This document shows, piece by piece, positions 55,318 through 64,000 of a DNA stretch of 64,000 nt. The stretch is from a bacterium (GTDB lineage: Bacteria; Margulisbacteria; Marinamargulisbacteria; JAHFDA01), in contig JAHFDA010000005.1 of NCBI GenBank assembly GCA_023249225.1, forward strand, positions 7,995 through 71,994. The letters run 5' to 3'. The notes under the pieces are model-generated. The model saw only the letters and a list, made by a program, of their open reading frames with translations. It was not told the DNA's origin and made no database searches. Numbering within the stretch: the stretch's first letter is position 1; every line of letters starts with the position of its first letter. Both the position numbers and the translations under genes were made by a program.

Positions 55318-56514
55318 ATGGAGTCAGTGCTTCCAAGATTACTTATTATCGATAAGATACCAGATTACCAGTCCTTCTTTTTATTTGGACCGCGTGGGTC
55401 GGGCAAAAGTACGCTGATTCAGAACTACTTAAAAACACAGCCGGGGCATCTCCAATATGACTTGCTGCGTGGCCAGGATCACCTGCGCTTGTTGCAAAAA
55501 CCGTGGGGCATCCGTACCGAAGTCGAAGAGCAGTTGCGCAAGTCACCGTCCGGAGTACTCCAGGTACACATCGACGAAGTCCAGCGCATTCCAGATTTGC
55601 TCAACGAAGTGCATTCGATGATTGAAAGCTTTCCGAAAAAAGTAAGATTCATCCTTAGCGGATCAAGCGCCCGCAAGTTAAGACGCGCAGGCACCAATTT
55701 ACTTGCAGGACGGGCGTGGCTGAAATATTTGGATCCTTTTACGGTGTATGAGCTGGGCAGCGCATTTAATCTGGCCCAGGCTCTGCGTTTTGGAATGTTG
55801 CCCAAGGCATGGGAAGGATCCAATGAGGAACGCCAGGAATATTTGCTCGCTTACGTGAACACCTATTTGCGCGAGGAAATTCAAATCGAAGCAGCCATTC
55901 GCAAACTGGATGCCTTTTCACGCTTTTTAGAAGCGGCGGCCAAAACCAATGGCCAACTGGTGAACTTTAGCAAGCTGGCCACCGAAGCCAGCGTCGAACG
56001 CAAGTCGGTAACGGATTACTACAAAATTCTGGAAGACACGTTGATGGGTTTTCAACTGCCGTCCTGGGGCAAGCGCCAATCGCGCAAAGACCTGGTTGAA
56101 CACGGCAAATTCTATTTTGCCGATTGCGGCATCGTCAGCGCCCTTACCGGCACTCTGCCTGGCGGCGTCACACCCGCCCACCCCTATTACGGCTTTGTGT
56201 TTGAACATTTTGTCATGGTGGAATTTATGAAGCTCCAGCGCCTGAAATCCGCTCAAACCAAAACCGGATTTTTCCGCACCCGCGCCGGATCCGAAATTGA
56301 CCTGATCATCGAAGGCCCGGACAGTTTACGGGCGATTGAAATCAAAAGCAGTCCGCAACTTGGCCGACATGATTTAAGCGCCTTGAAAAATTTTAAACAG
56401 GAATTTCCGCAGGCCGAATGTCTGGTGGTGTACGCCGCCGAACGGAGTGCAATACTTGACGGCATCCGCTGTGTGCCGTGGAATGAATTTTTGGAGGGGG
56501 AGATTGGCGCTTAG
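55318..56514 (+). CDS. AAA+ superfamily ATPase of the DUF4143/COG1373 type
   Basis: Walker A LFGPRGSGKSTL. About 400 aa, with the conserved C-terminal region typical of this family. Confidence 0.7.
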   Translation: MESVLPRLLIIDKIPDYQSFFLFGPRGSGKSTLIQNYLKTQPGHLQYDLLRGQDHLRLLQKPWGIRTEVEEQLRKSPSGVLQVHIDEVQRIPDLLNEVHSMIESFPKKVRFILSGSSARKLRRAGTNLLAGRAWLKYLDPFTVYELGSAFNLAQALRFGMLPKAWEGSNEERQEYLLAYVNTYLREEIQIEAAIRKLDAFSRFLEAAAKTNGQLVNFSKLATEASVERKSVTDYYKILEDTLMGFQLPSWGKRQSRKDLVEHGKFYFADCGIVSALTGTLPGGVTPAHPYYGFVFEHFVMVEFMKLQRLKSAQTKTGFFRTRAGSEIDLIIEGPDSLRAIEIKSSPQLGRHDLSALKNFKQEFPQAECLVVYAAERSAILDGIRCVPWNEFLEGEIGA

Positions 56515-56639
56515 GGATTTTTTTTGTCAAACAATATTCTCCAAATTTAGATAATTTATTTTGACAAAATAATTTAGCTTTTATGTCAAAAATACATAAA
56601 TTTTACATTGAGCCAATCTTGAGGACGTATAATGCTTTC

Positions 56640-57644
56640 GTGGTAAAACCCATTCTTGCCATCGAAAGCAGTTGCGACGAAACCGCCGTGGCCATTTTAG
56701 AGGACGGACAGCATTTGCGGGCTAACTTGATATCGTCACAGATCGCAAAGCATCGGCCCTTTGGTGGCATTGTGCCGGAACTGGCCTCACGCTGCCACGC
56801 TGAAATCATTAACACCCTGATTGACCAAGCCCTCAAAGATGCCAATATCAAATTGCGTGATATCCATGCCGTGGCTGTCACCCACGGACCCGGCCTGGTG
56901 GGAGCCTTGCTGGTTGGCATGGCAGCGGCCAAAGCGCTCTCGGGGTCACTGGGTATTCCACTTGTGGCGGTGAACCATTTGAAGTCGCATGTGTACTCTA
57001 ATTTTTTGTCTCCAAGTCCTGTTTTTAATTTTCCATATCTGATCCTGCTTGTGAGCGGAGGACATACTCAATTGATCGAATTCAAAAGCCACACTCAACT
57101 CAAAGTCATTGCTGAAACCCAGGACGATGCTGCCGGTGAAGCCTTTGACAAGGTGGCGCGCCTTTTAGAACTGGGATTTCCGGGTGGGCCTGCCATTCAA
57201 AAGGCAGCAGAGCAAGGCAATCCGGAGGCTTATTTTTTTTCGGCCGCAAAGCACAGCGACCGTTTTTCGTTTTCGGGTATTAAAACGGCGGTGGCCTTGT
57301 TCATTAAAAAAAATCCGTCCGCTTCAAAGGCTGATGTGGCCGCCAGCTTTCAAAAGGCAGTGGTAGATGCGCTGGTGCAAAAAACCTTAATGGCTGCAGA
57401 GGCCCAAAAATTTGAGCGCATCATGCTTTGCGGCGGTGTGGCCGCCAACGCCATGCTGCGCAAGACTTTGGCCAGAGCCTGCGCTGAAAATGGTTTTGAA
57501 TTCTCGATGCCTGATCTGGCCTATTGCACCGACAACGCCGCCATGGTGGCCTGCGCCGGATATCATCAGCTTGAGCATGGTGGGCCCAGCGACTTAAACT
57601 TTGCAGCCGATCCAAACCTGGAGCTTCATGAATGGACAGTTTAA
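56640..57644 (+). CDS. tsaD: tRNA N6-adenosine threonylcarbamoyltransferase TsaD
   Basis: GTG start, then VKPILAIESSCDETAVAIL...HRPFGGIVPELASRCH...GGVAAN. The ORF-track start 56583 is upstream of the likely GTG. Confidence 0.9.
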   Translation: MVKPILAIESSCDETAVAILEDGQHLRANLISSQIAKHRPFGGIVPELASRCHAEIINTLIDQALKDANIKLRDIHAVAVTHGPGLVGALLVGMAAAKALSGSLGIPLVAVNHLKSHVYSNFLSPSPVFNFPYLILLVSGGHTQLIEFKSHTQLKVIAETQDDAAGEAFDKVARLLELGFPGGPAIQKAAEQGNPEAYFFSAAKHSDRFSFSGIKTAVALFIKKNPSASKADVAASFQKAVVDALVQKTLMAAEAQKFERIMLCGGVAANAMLRKTLARACAENGFEFSMPDLAYCTDNAAMVACAGYHQLEHGGPSDLNFAADPNLELHEWTV

Positions 57645-59239
57645 GCGCGGATATTGTCATTGTCGGCACCGGCATTGCAGGCTTGCGAGCGGCCCTGGAA
57701 CTGGCGCCGCACTGCAAAGTACTGATCCTGTCTAAAGGAAAAATTCACGACGGTTCCTCGTCTTTGGCGCAAGGAGGCATTGCGGCTGCCATGCATCCCG
57801 GAGATACGCCTGATTATCATTATCAGGATACCCTTGCGGCCGGGGCCGGCCTATGCAACGAAAAGGCGGTGCGTATCCTGGTCGAGGAGGGCCTTGAACG
57901 GGTCAAGGAACTGATGGCCTGGGGGACGCGTTTTGACACCGACATGGGCCATGAAGCAGCGCACCATCACCGGCGCATTCTGCATGCAGGTGACACCACC
58001 GGACGTGAAATTGAAAAAGTGCTTGGTAACCGAGCCTTGGCCGAAAGTAATATTAAATTTTTGGAATTTACCAGCGCCTATGTTTTGCGCGTCGAAGACG
58101 GGCGTGTTCAGGGCCTGTATACCCTTGATCTTAAAAACGGACGTATAGGTTACCTGGCTTGCCGTGCGGTGCTCATTGCCACGGGTGGCTACGGGCAGCT
58201 TTACAGCCACAATACCAACCCCGCTGTTAACACCGGCGATGGCTTGGCGGTGGCCTATCGGGCCGGGGCGGCGCTGACTGATTTGGAATTTGTGCAGTTT
58301 CATCCCACCACCCTTTATCACGGCGACAAAAAACCAGTCAGCATTTTTTTAATTTCAGAAGCCGTACGTGGCGAGGGTGCTTTGTTGCGGAATATCCACG
58401 GTGAAACGTTTATGCAGAGGTATGACTCCCGGCTTGAGCTGGCGCCGCGCGACATTGTGGCCCGCGCGATTTACCGTGAAATCCACGCCACCCAGGCACC
58501 GCATGTTTACCTTGATCTAAGCGGTATTAAAGTCAATCTGGCCGACCGTTTTCCGAACATTTATCAACGTTGCCTTGAAGTGGGCATCGATATCCAAAAA
58601 GACTTTATTCCGGTAGCACCAGCCGCACATTATTGCATGGGCGGGGTTTTAACCAATGTGTATGGAGAAAGCTCGCTTCCCGGACTCTTGGTAGCCGGTG
58701 AAGCAGCTTCGGTGGGCGTGCACGGTGCCAATCGCCTGGCCTCAAACTCGTTACTCGAAGGATTGGTTTTTGGGCAACGCGCGGCACAGCGCTTTCTTGA
58801 ACAACTGCCCCGCCTGCCCTTGCCAGGGTCTAAAGCATCTGCCGCAGATCTTGCCGAACAGGGGGTGTCTTACAATAAAACCAGCGCATTGACGGCCAAG
58901 CAAAGCCTGCGCGAACTCATGTGGCGTTATGTGGGTATAGAACGCCGCGAAGATGACTTGCGTTGGGCACTTTTAAAATTTGACATGTTGCATGAAAAAT
59001 TCCAGGAATCCACCGGTCAACCCGAAACCTTTGAGCTGCAAAATATGATTTTAATCGCGCGCCTCGCAACCCAGGCGGCCTTAAACCGGCGTGAAAGCCG
59101 TGGGGCCCACTACCGGACTGATTTTCCGCAGGCCAGCCCCGAGTTTGAAAAACATATGGTATGTCAAAAAGACTTAAGCGGCGTGTACGGGAGCCTGGCT
59201 CCTACGTTTGATCACGTGGCCTATCGTGTGGGAGCGTAA
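57632..59239 (+). CDS. nadB: L-aspartate oxidase
   Basis: DIVIVGTGIAGLRAALEL FAD motif. Flavoprotein succinate-dehydrogenase-like core. 535 aa. Confidence 0.9.
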   Translation: MDSLSADIVIVGTGIAGLRAALELAPHCKVLILSKGKIHDGSSSLAQGGIAAAMHPGDTPDYHYQDTLAAGAGLCNEKAVRILVEEGLERVKELMAWGTRFDTDMGHEAAHHHRRILHAGDTTGREIEKVLGNRALAESNIKFLEFTSAYVLRVEDGRVQGLYTLDLKNGRIGYLACRAVLIATGGYGQLYSHNTNPAVNTGDGLAVAYRAGAALTDLEFVQFHPTTLYHGDKKPVSIFLISEAVRGEGALLRNIHGETFMQRYDSRLELAPRDIVARAIYREIHATQAPHVYLDLSGIKVNLADRFPNIYQRCLEVGIDIQKDFIPVAPAAHYCMGGVLTNVYGESSLPGLLVAGEAASVGVHGANRLASNSLLEGLVFGQRAAQRFLEQLPRLPLPGSKASAADLAEQGVSYNKTSALTAKQSLRELMWRYVGIERREDDLRWALLKFDMLHEKFQESTGQPETFELQNMILIARLATQAALNRRESRGAHYRTDFPQASPEFEKHMVCQKDLSGVYGSLAPTFDHVAYRVGA

Positions 59240-60264
59240 GAAGGTTTTAATTCAAGTATTTTAAGCTCTGCAGCGCTATCCCCTTGAATGACAATGTAAC
59301 GTACCTTGGATCCGTTGTCCGCAGGCAGAGGTTTGCCGGCCCCAAAGACTGCCAACGCCAGACAATTGGCTGTAAATGCCGAATCGCTGACGATGAGCAC
59401 TCCCCGGTATCCGGAATGGATGGGATATCCGGTAAATGGATTCAGAATGTTATGAAAGACCTCTCCCTGCGAATCTTTAAAATAGGTTTGGCGATCATGC
59501 ACAAAGGCCAAGGCCTGGTTTGATTTTAACTTAACCGGCACCGGGGTGACGAACCCAGGTTCCCAGGGATATTTTAATTGAAAAGTCCATTTAAGCTGCA
59601 ATATCGGATGTCCGACCGTGACAATGACATCGCCGGCATTGATCGATGCGTAGGTAATCTTAAAACGCAGTAGCTGCTCGCGGGCCCGGTCAAGCGCATA
59701 ACCGGTGGTGATGGCAGAAAGGTCAATCTCGGTAGCGGGATGCATAAAAGCGATACTTTGTTGTTTGGGATCGGTTGACACATGCTGCATACCTACGGCG
59801 GGCAGAACCCCTTTGATTTTTTGATCGCTCGGAACCTGTTTGCGCTCAAAGTCCCATAATTGCTCCAGCGGCAACAGGGTGATGTCCAGATAGCCTCCGC
59901 TCAAGCGCCAGTAATTCTGCGCAGTGCTGACCATTGTAAAAATGTCCGGATCGGATAATTGAGCGGTCTGCCTGCGGTTGAGTAAGTTTAGGCCATTATA
60001 GTAATTCCAGCGGTAGGCCAGCTGCTCAACCCGCTTAATTTCCTTCCAGGCTGCCCGCGCAGCCGGGCGGGCCTGCGGCCCCTCGATGCTGATGGTGATA
60101 TAGGTGCCCAACACCCACCCTTTTTCCACATGCGGTATGCGTAGTTCACGGACAATATAAAAACCTCCGGCAAAGATCAGCAATACAAGCAGTGCGGCCG
60201 GGCTAAATTCGTTGAGCCGTAAAAAACTGTACGGAAACCTTTGCGTCGAACGCCGGGGCCACAT
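59221..60264 (-). CDS. apbE: FAD:protein FMN transferase (ApbE family), membrane-anchored
   Basis: DLSAITTGYALDRA and ILNPFTGYP ApbE motifs. N-terminal TM. Confidence 0.75.
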   Translation of the reverse strand: MWPRRSTQRFPYSFLRLNEFSPAALLVLLIFAGGFYIVRELRIPHVEKGWVLGTYITISIEGPQARPAARAAWKEIKRVEQLAYRWNYYNGLNLLNRRQTAQLSDPDIFTMVSTAQNYWRLSGGYLDITLLPLEQLWDFERKQVPSDQKIKGVLPAVGMQHVSTDPKQQSIAFMHPATEIDLSAITTGYALDRAREQLLRFKITYASINAGDVIVTVGHPILQLKWTFQLKYPWEPGFVTPVPVKLKSNQALAFVHDRQTYFKDSQGEVFHNILNPFTGYPIHSGYRGVLIVSDSAFTANCLALAVFGAGKPLPADNGSKVRYIVIQGDSAAELKILELKPSYAPTR

Positions 60265-62465
60265 TAGGACAACACCCGGTGCGCATCGAGCACATCGTCT
60301 ACCGAACGTACGGACGCAAGCAGTTGGCCAAGGTGCTGGGCGCTATGGATATCAACCACCAGATTGGCGATGACTGTGCCCGTATCCCGTGCGGTACGCA
60401 CATTGGCCTCGCGGATATTGGTTTTGTTCTGCGAAATTTTCGAAAGAATGTCGTTCAGCAAACCTACCCGGTCAAAACCCTTGATTTCGACTTCTACCGG
60501 ATAAACGCTATCTTTGTTTGGGCTTAGCCAGCGTGCCGATACCATCCGATTGCGAGAAAGCTCGTCGGAAACCTGCGCCACATTGACGCAATCATTACGG
60601 TGTATTGAAACCCCATGCCCCATGGTGATAAAACCTAGGATACTGTCCCCCGGTAGTGGGCGGCAACACTTTGCCAAATGGGCCTCGATATCCTGCAAGC
60701 CCTCGATTTCAATGCCCAGGGCATTCTTGTGCTTTCCGCTACGCAGCTTGGTGATGATCTGATCCACCCATTCGGTGGTTTTTGGGAATAGCTTTTCGTG
60801 GTAGTCCTTTACAATTTGGGCGGCACTGCGGGCCGAAATTTCTCCGTGAGCGATAAAGGTATAAAGCGTTTCTTCATCGGCCAGTTTAAACCGATCCAGC
60901 AAGACCTTGAAGTATTTTTCGGTCATGACTTCTTCGGGCTTCAGCTCACAAGCCAGCAGGGCCTTAACAAGTTCGGTTTTACCAGTGTGTAAATGTTCGT
61001 CGCGCTGCATTTTGCGGTAAAAAGATTTAATACGCGCCTTGGCGTTGGTGGTTTTAACAAAGTTTAGCCAGTCGATGTTGGGATGCGCATTTTTTTGGGT
61101 AATGATTTCTACGATGTCGCCATTTTTTAAAGCATGCGAGAGTGAGACGATCACCCCGTTGACCTTGGCACCGGTGCAGGTGTTTCCGATTTCGCTGTGA
61201 ATGGCATAGGCAAAATCCACCGGGGTTGAGTTCATGGGCAGCGGACGCACAGCGCCTTTGGGCGTAAAAACAAACACCTCGTCTTCAAACAAATCAATGC
61301 GCAGGTTATCCAAAAACGTTTTGGCGTCTTTGGTGTCTTTCTGCCAGTCCACCAATTGCCGGATCCATGCCAACTTGTTTTCGTATTCGCTGTCTTTGAC
61401 GTTTCCGGACTTATATTTCCAGTGGGCGGCAATGCCATATTCAGCCACTTTGTGCATTTCATGGGTGCGAATCTGTACCTCCACAGGCTTACCGTAAGGT
61501 CCAATGATGGCGGTATGCAGCGACTGGTACATGTTGGTTTTGGGCATGGCAATATAATCTTTAAACCGTCCTGACAAAGGTTTCCAGGCCGAATGAATGA
61601 CCCCCAGCGCCGCATAACAATCACGCAAGCTTTTGACGATAATCCGCACAGCCAGAAGGTCATACATTTGATCAAAGGTCAGTTCCTGATTGAGCATTTT
61701 TTGGTAGATACTGAAAAAATGCTTGGGACGTCCGGTAATTTCTGCTTCAAGTTTGTTGTCTTTAAGGGTTTGTTTTATTTTTTCGACCAGTTCATCGACA
61801 TAATGTTCACGGTTCTGACGGGAATCATTCACGTAGGTGCGTATTTTTTGGTAATCCACGGGCTGAAGATACATAAATGCCAGGTCATCCAGCTCCCATT
61901 TAACGGTCCACATGCCCATGCGATGCGCCAGCGGCGCATAAATTTCACGGGTTTCCTTTGCGATATCTCCCTGCTTTTGCGGTGACAGATACTTAAGGGT
62001 CTGCATATTATGCAGCCGGTCTGCCAGCTTGATGATGATCACCCGCAGATCTTTGGCCATGGCCAGGAACATCTTGCGAAAAGATTCGGCTTGTTGCTCT
62101 TCGCGGCTGTTATAAGAGAACTGGCCTAGTTTGGTAACGCCGTTTACCAGATGTGCAATGTCATCGCCAAATTTTTTTTGAAGGTCTTCGCATGTCATCT
62201 TGGAATCTTCGATGACATCGTGTAAAAGCCCACCGGCAACAGTGGCCAGATCCTGTTCAAGCTTGGCCAGAATGTACGCCACCGCCAGCGGGTGTGTAAT
62301 GTAAGGATCTCCTGATTTTCGGGTTTGGCCCTTGTGGCATTTATGGGCGGTTTGATACGCCCGATCAAGCAACTCCAGATCCTGGTCGGGGTAATGTTGT
62401 TTGACCAATGCCTTAATGGCCTCAAGATCTGCCACCGGCTGGCCAAACTGGCTAAGGGGGGGCAT
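60264..62465 (-). CDS. spoT: Bifunctional (p)ppGpp synthetase/hydrolase (Rel/SpoT)
   Basis: HD hydrolase motif (HDVIEDS). RelA/SpoT synthetase domain. TGS and ACT C-terminal domains. Start taken at internal Met (MPPLSQFG...). Confidence 0.9.
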   Translation of the reverse strand: MPPLSQFGQPVADLEAIKALVKQHYPDQDLELLDRAYQTAHKCHKGQTRKSGDPYITHPLAVAYILAKLEQDLATVAGGLLHDVIEDSKMTCEDLQKKFGDDIAHLVNGVTKLGQFSYNSREEQQAESFRKMFLAMAKDLRVIIIKLADRLHNMQTLKYLSPQKQGDIAKETREIYAPLAHRMGMWTVKWELDDLAFMYLQPVDYQKIRTYVNDSRQNREHYVDELVEKIKQTLKDNKLEAEITGRPKHFFSIYQKMLNQELTFDQMYDLLAVRIIVKSLRDCYAALGVIHSAWKPLSGRFKDYIAMPKTNMYQSLHTAIIGPYGKPVEVQIRTHEMHKVAEYGIAAHWKYKSGNVKDSEYENKLAWIRQLVDWQKDTKDAKTFLDNLRIDLFEDEVFVFTPKGAVRPLPMNSTPVDFAYAIHSEIGNTCTGAKVNGVIVSLSHALKNGDIVEIITQKNAHPNIDWLNFVKTTNAKARIKSFYRKMQRDEHLHTGKTELVKALLACELKPEEVMTEKYFKVLLDRFKLADEETLYTFIAHGEISARSAAQIVKDYHEKLFPKTTEWVDQIITKLRSGKHKNALGIEIEGLQDIEAHLAKCCRPLPGDSILGFITMGHGVSIHRNDCVNVAQVSDELSRNRMVSARWLSPNKDSVYPVEVEIKGFDRVGLLNDILSKISQNKTNIREANVRTARDTGTVIANLVVDIHSAQHLGQLLASVRSVDDVLDAHRVLS

Positions 62466-62467
62466 CG

Positions 62468-64000
62468 CTATGCTCCAGTGGCAGACGCAGGCCGCAGGTC
62501 TTTCACGACCAGTTGCAAGCTGGTGGCTCCCATATAACGGTTTATGCCCATCGAAAACAGAATATCCACTGGACCTGCCATGCGGCAAGCACGACTCAAA
62601 AGGCCAAAACCAATGCCCTCAAAACCTATGCGGCCTTGAGGGGTCTGGGCTTCTAAACCCAACTTGGCATGTTGCCCGTCGCGGCCTACTGCCCGTACCT
62701 GCTTAAGGGTTATGTTCCCACAAGCAAACAAGGGTTCATTATTTTCTAGCCCATACGGACGCAACTGATCAAGAGCCTGCGCCTCACGCAGGTTCAGGTG
62801 TTCGACTGTTACCCAGGCATCGGCTTTGATCCGTGGGCCGACATGCGCCTTGGCCAGCATCCGGGTGGCTTCATCAAAACGTTTTTGGAACTCGGGTACT
62901 TTTTCGGGCTTAAGCGCAAAACCACCTGCCTGGGCGTGGCCACCAAAAGAATCAAAGCCGGGATTGCTTTGACGCAAGAGCGCAAACATATCCACTTCGG
63001 GAATGCTGCGTCCCGATCCGCGTACCACGCGATCTGCCTGCGACATCAACACCACTGGACAACCAAAAGCGTCCACAAATTTAGAGGCCACAATACCCAC
63101 CACGCCGGCATGCCAGCTGGGATCAAATAGCGCCAGACCATAAGGCTGGGATGCCCCTGCTTGTGCCAGGCCTTGCTGAAAAATGAGTTCGGTCAGTCTG
63201 CGCCTATCCTGGTTAAGTTTTTCAAGCCGTTGAGCGAGCGGCATGGCCGTGGCAACATTGGACGCGAGCAATAGACGTAAGGCATCGGCAGCATGATCCA
63301 TACGTCCTGCGGCGTTCAGGCGTGGCCCAAATACAAAACCGATGTCGTACTCGTTAAAGGGCGCCTCGCGGCCAGCTACCTTGGCCAGTGCGCGTAAACC
63401 CGGGCGACTATTTTCATTGAGTGCCTCAAGACCCAATTTGCAGAGCAGGCGATTTTCTAAAACCATTGGCGATACATCCGCAATCGTTCCCAACGCGACC
63501 AAATCCAACAAGTCGCTAAAATCGTGCTGCGGGTAATGACGCTGCGCCAACAGACATAAAAACTTAAAGGCCGTGCCGGCCCCGGATATTCCCTGAAAGC
63601 TAGCGCCATACACGGCCGGATGAAAAATAGCGCAGGCGGGAGGAAGCTGTTCGGGTAAACGGTGATGATCCGTAATCACCACATCCACGCCGACTTGCTG
63701 GGCGATTTGCACCCGTTCGTAATCAGAAATTCCGCAGTCGGCGGTGATCAACACGGTACAGCCCTCTTGCTGTGCAAGCCGTATGGCTTGTTCGGCCAGG
63801 CCATAGCCGTCTCGAAAACGATGTGGTAAAAACCACTGTACCTTTGCTCCCAGACGCGACAAACCCTGCACCAAGAGGGCTGTACCGGTCATTCCGTCCA
63901 CATCGTAGTCGCCGCAGACCAGGATTTTTTGGCCCTGTACCAGCGCTTGCTGCACACGCCCCAGCGCGGCTTCTACCTGCGGGTGTGTCGGCACAGTGTG
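62468..64000 (-). CDS. recJ: Single-stranded-DNA-specific exonuclease RecJ (N-terminus possibly beyond window end)
   Basis: DHH motifs ILVCGDYDVDGMTGTALL and VITDHH. DHHA1 region. Confidence 0.85.
   Translation of the reverse strand, partial: HTVPTHPQVEAALGRVQQALVQGQKILVCGDYDVDGMTGTALLVQGLSRLGAKVQWFLPHRFRDGYGLAEQAIRLAQQEGCTVLITADCGISDYERVQIAQQVGVDVVITDHHRLPEQLPPACAIFHPAVYGASFQGISGAGTAFKFLCLLAQRHYPQHDFSDLLDLVALGTIADVSPMVLENRLLCKLGLEALNENSRPGLRALAKVAGREAPFNEYDIGFVFGPRLNAAGRMDHAADALRLLLASNVATAMPLAQRLEKLNQDRRRLTELIFQQGLAQAGASQPYGLALFDPSWHAGVVGIVASKFVDAFGCPVVLMSQADRVVRGSGRSIPEVDMFALLRQSNPGFDSFGGHAQAGGFALKPEKVPEFQKRFDEATRMLAKAHVGPRIKADAWVTVEHLNLREAQALDQLRPYGLENNEPLFACGNITLKQVRAVGRDGQHAKLGLEAQTPQGRIGFEGIGFGLLSRACRMAGPVDILFSMGINRYMGATSLQLVVKDLRPASATGA

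Noticed and set aside
1-64000. CRISPR arrays, rRNA genes, integrase or transposase genes
   Set aside because: Scanned for short regularly spaced direct repeats and for recombinase-like ORFs and found none. The repeats present are REP-like and MITE-like, not CRISPR.

Overview
This 64 kb window is bacterial chromosomal DNA, about 55-58% GC, with Gram-negative hallmarks (secretin, AsmA-like protein, outer-membrane beta-barrels). Most of it is core metabolism and housekeeping, but several accessory and unusual loci are embedded in it.

**1-12.8 kb: nitrate assimilation and molybdenum cofactor.**
- An assimilatory-type Mo-bisPGD nitrate reductase runs off the left edge.
- It is translationally coupled (ATGA) to an unusual fusion of a four-cluster ferredoxin with an NrfD-like membrane domain.
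- On the opposite strand sit a fused nirB-nirD nitrite reductase, a NarK-type transporter, mobA and moeA.
- A 1.9 kb AT-rich restriction-modification cassette lies between mobA and moeA: a NotI-family endonuclease with an Fe-Cys4 N-terminal motif, plus a Dam-class N6-adenine methyltransferase.
- An Fnr-like regulator follows.

**12.8-17.6 kb: signalling and envelope.**
- A sigma-54 NtrC-type regulator, a cytoplasmic PAS histidine kinase and a stand-alone CheY-like receiver.
- An uncharacterised outer-membrane beta-barrel and a YceI-like protein.

**17.7-25.3 kb: tRNA and two giant Lon-like proteins.**
- A tRNA-Gln(UUG) gene lies hidden inside the naive 5' end of a large ORF.
- It is followed by two tandem paralogous giant proteins of about 1140 and 1227 aa.
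- Each has an N-terminal helical region, a degenerate ClpA/B D1-like pseudo-ATPase module, and a complete Lon AAA+ and S16 protease with the Ser-Lys dyad intact.
- A MITE of about 207 bp with 13 bp terminal inverted repeats separates the two.

**25.3-39.5 kb: type IV pilus-like locus on the minus strand.**
- Three tandem major-pilin paralogues, and a second MITE copy nested in a REP-like element with an 8 bp target-site duplication.
- A PilGHI-like ABC-2 transporter, a lipoprotein, a secretin, PilP-like and PilO-like proteins, a PilM-PilN fusion and a PilX-like minor pilin.
- A 1348 aa protein with a prepilin leader, right-handed beta-helix repeats and Pmp-like GGAI/FxxN motifs.

**39.7-64 kb: housekeeping and small accessory elements.**
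- rpsB, then tsf carrying a single in-frame TGA.
- gcvH, gcvT, hisC, gatB, an MqnA/D-like protein, an AsmA-like protein and ygfZ.
- Two divergently arranged RelE/ParE-type toxin-antitoxin pairs flanking a REP-like repeat, with palindromic operators.
- dtd, a GH94-like glycoside phosphorylase, a DUF4143-type AAA ATPase, tsaD, nadB, apbE, rel/spoT and recJ (partial).

**Most novel candidates.**
- The tandem ClpD1-like/Lon chimeric giant proteases.
- The giant beta-helix pilin-like protein.

No CRISPR array or rRNA was seen.

**Coordinate accuracy.** Coordinates I derived by counting bases in the sequence text carry about +/-2 bp uncertainty. Coordinates taken from the ORF track are exact.
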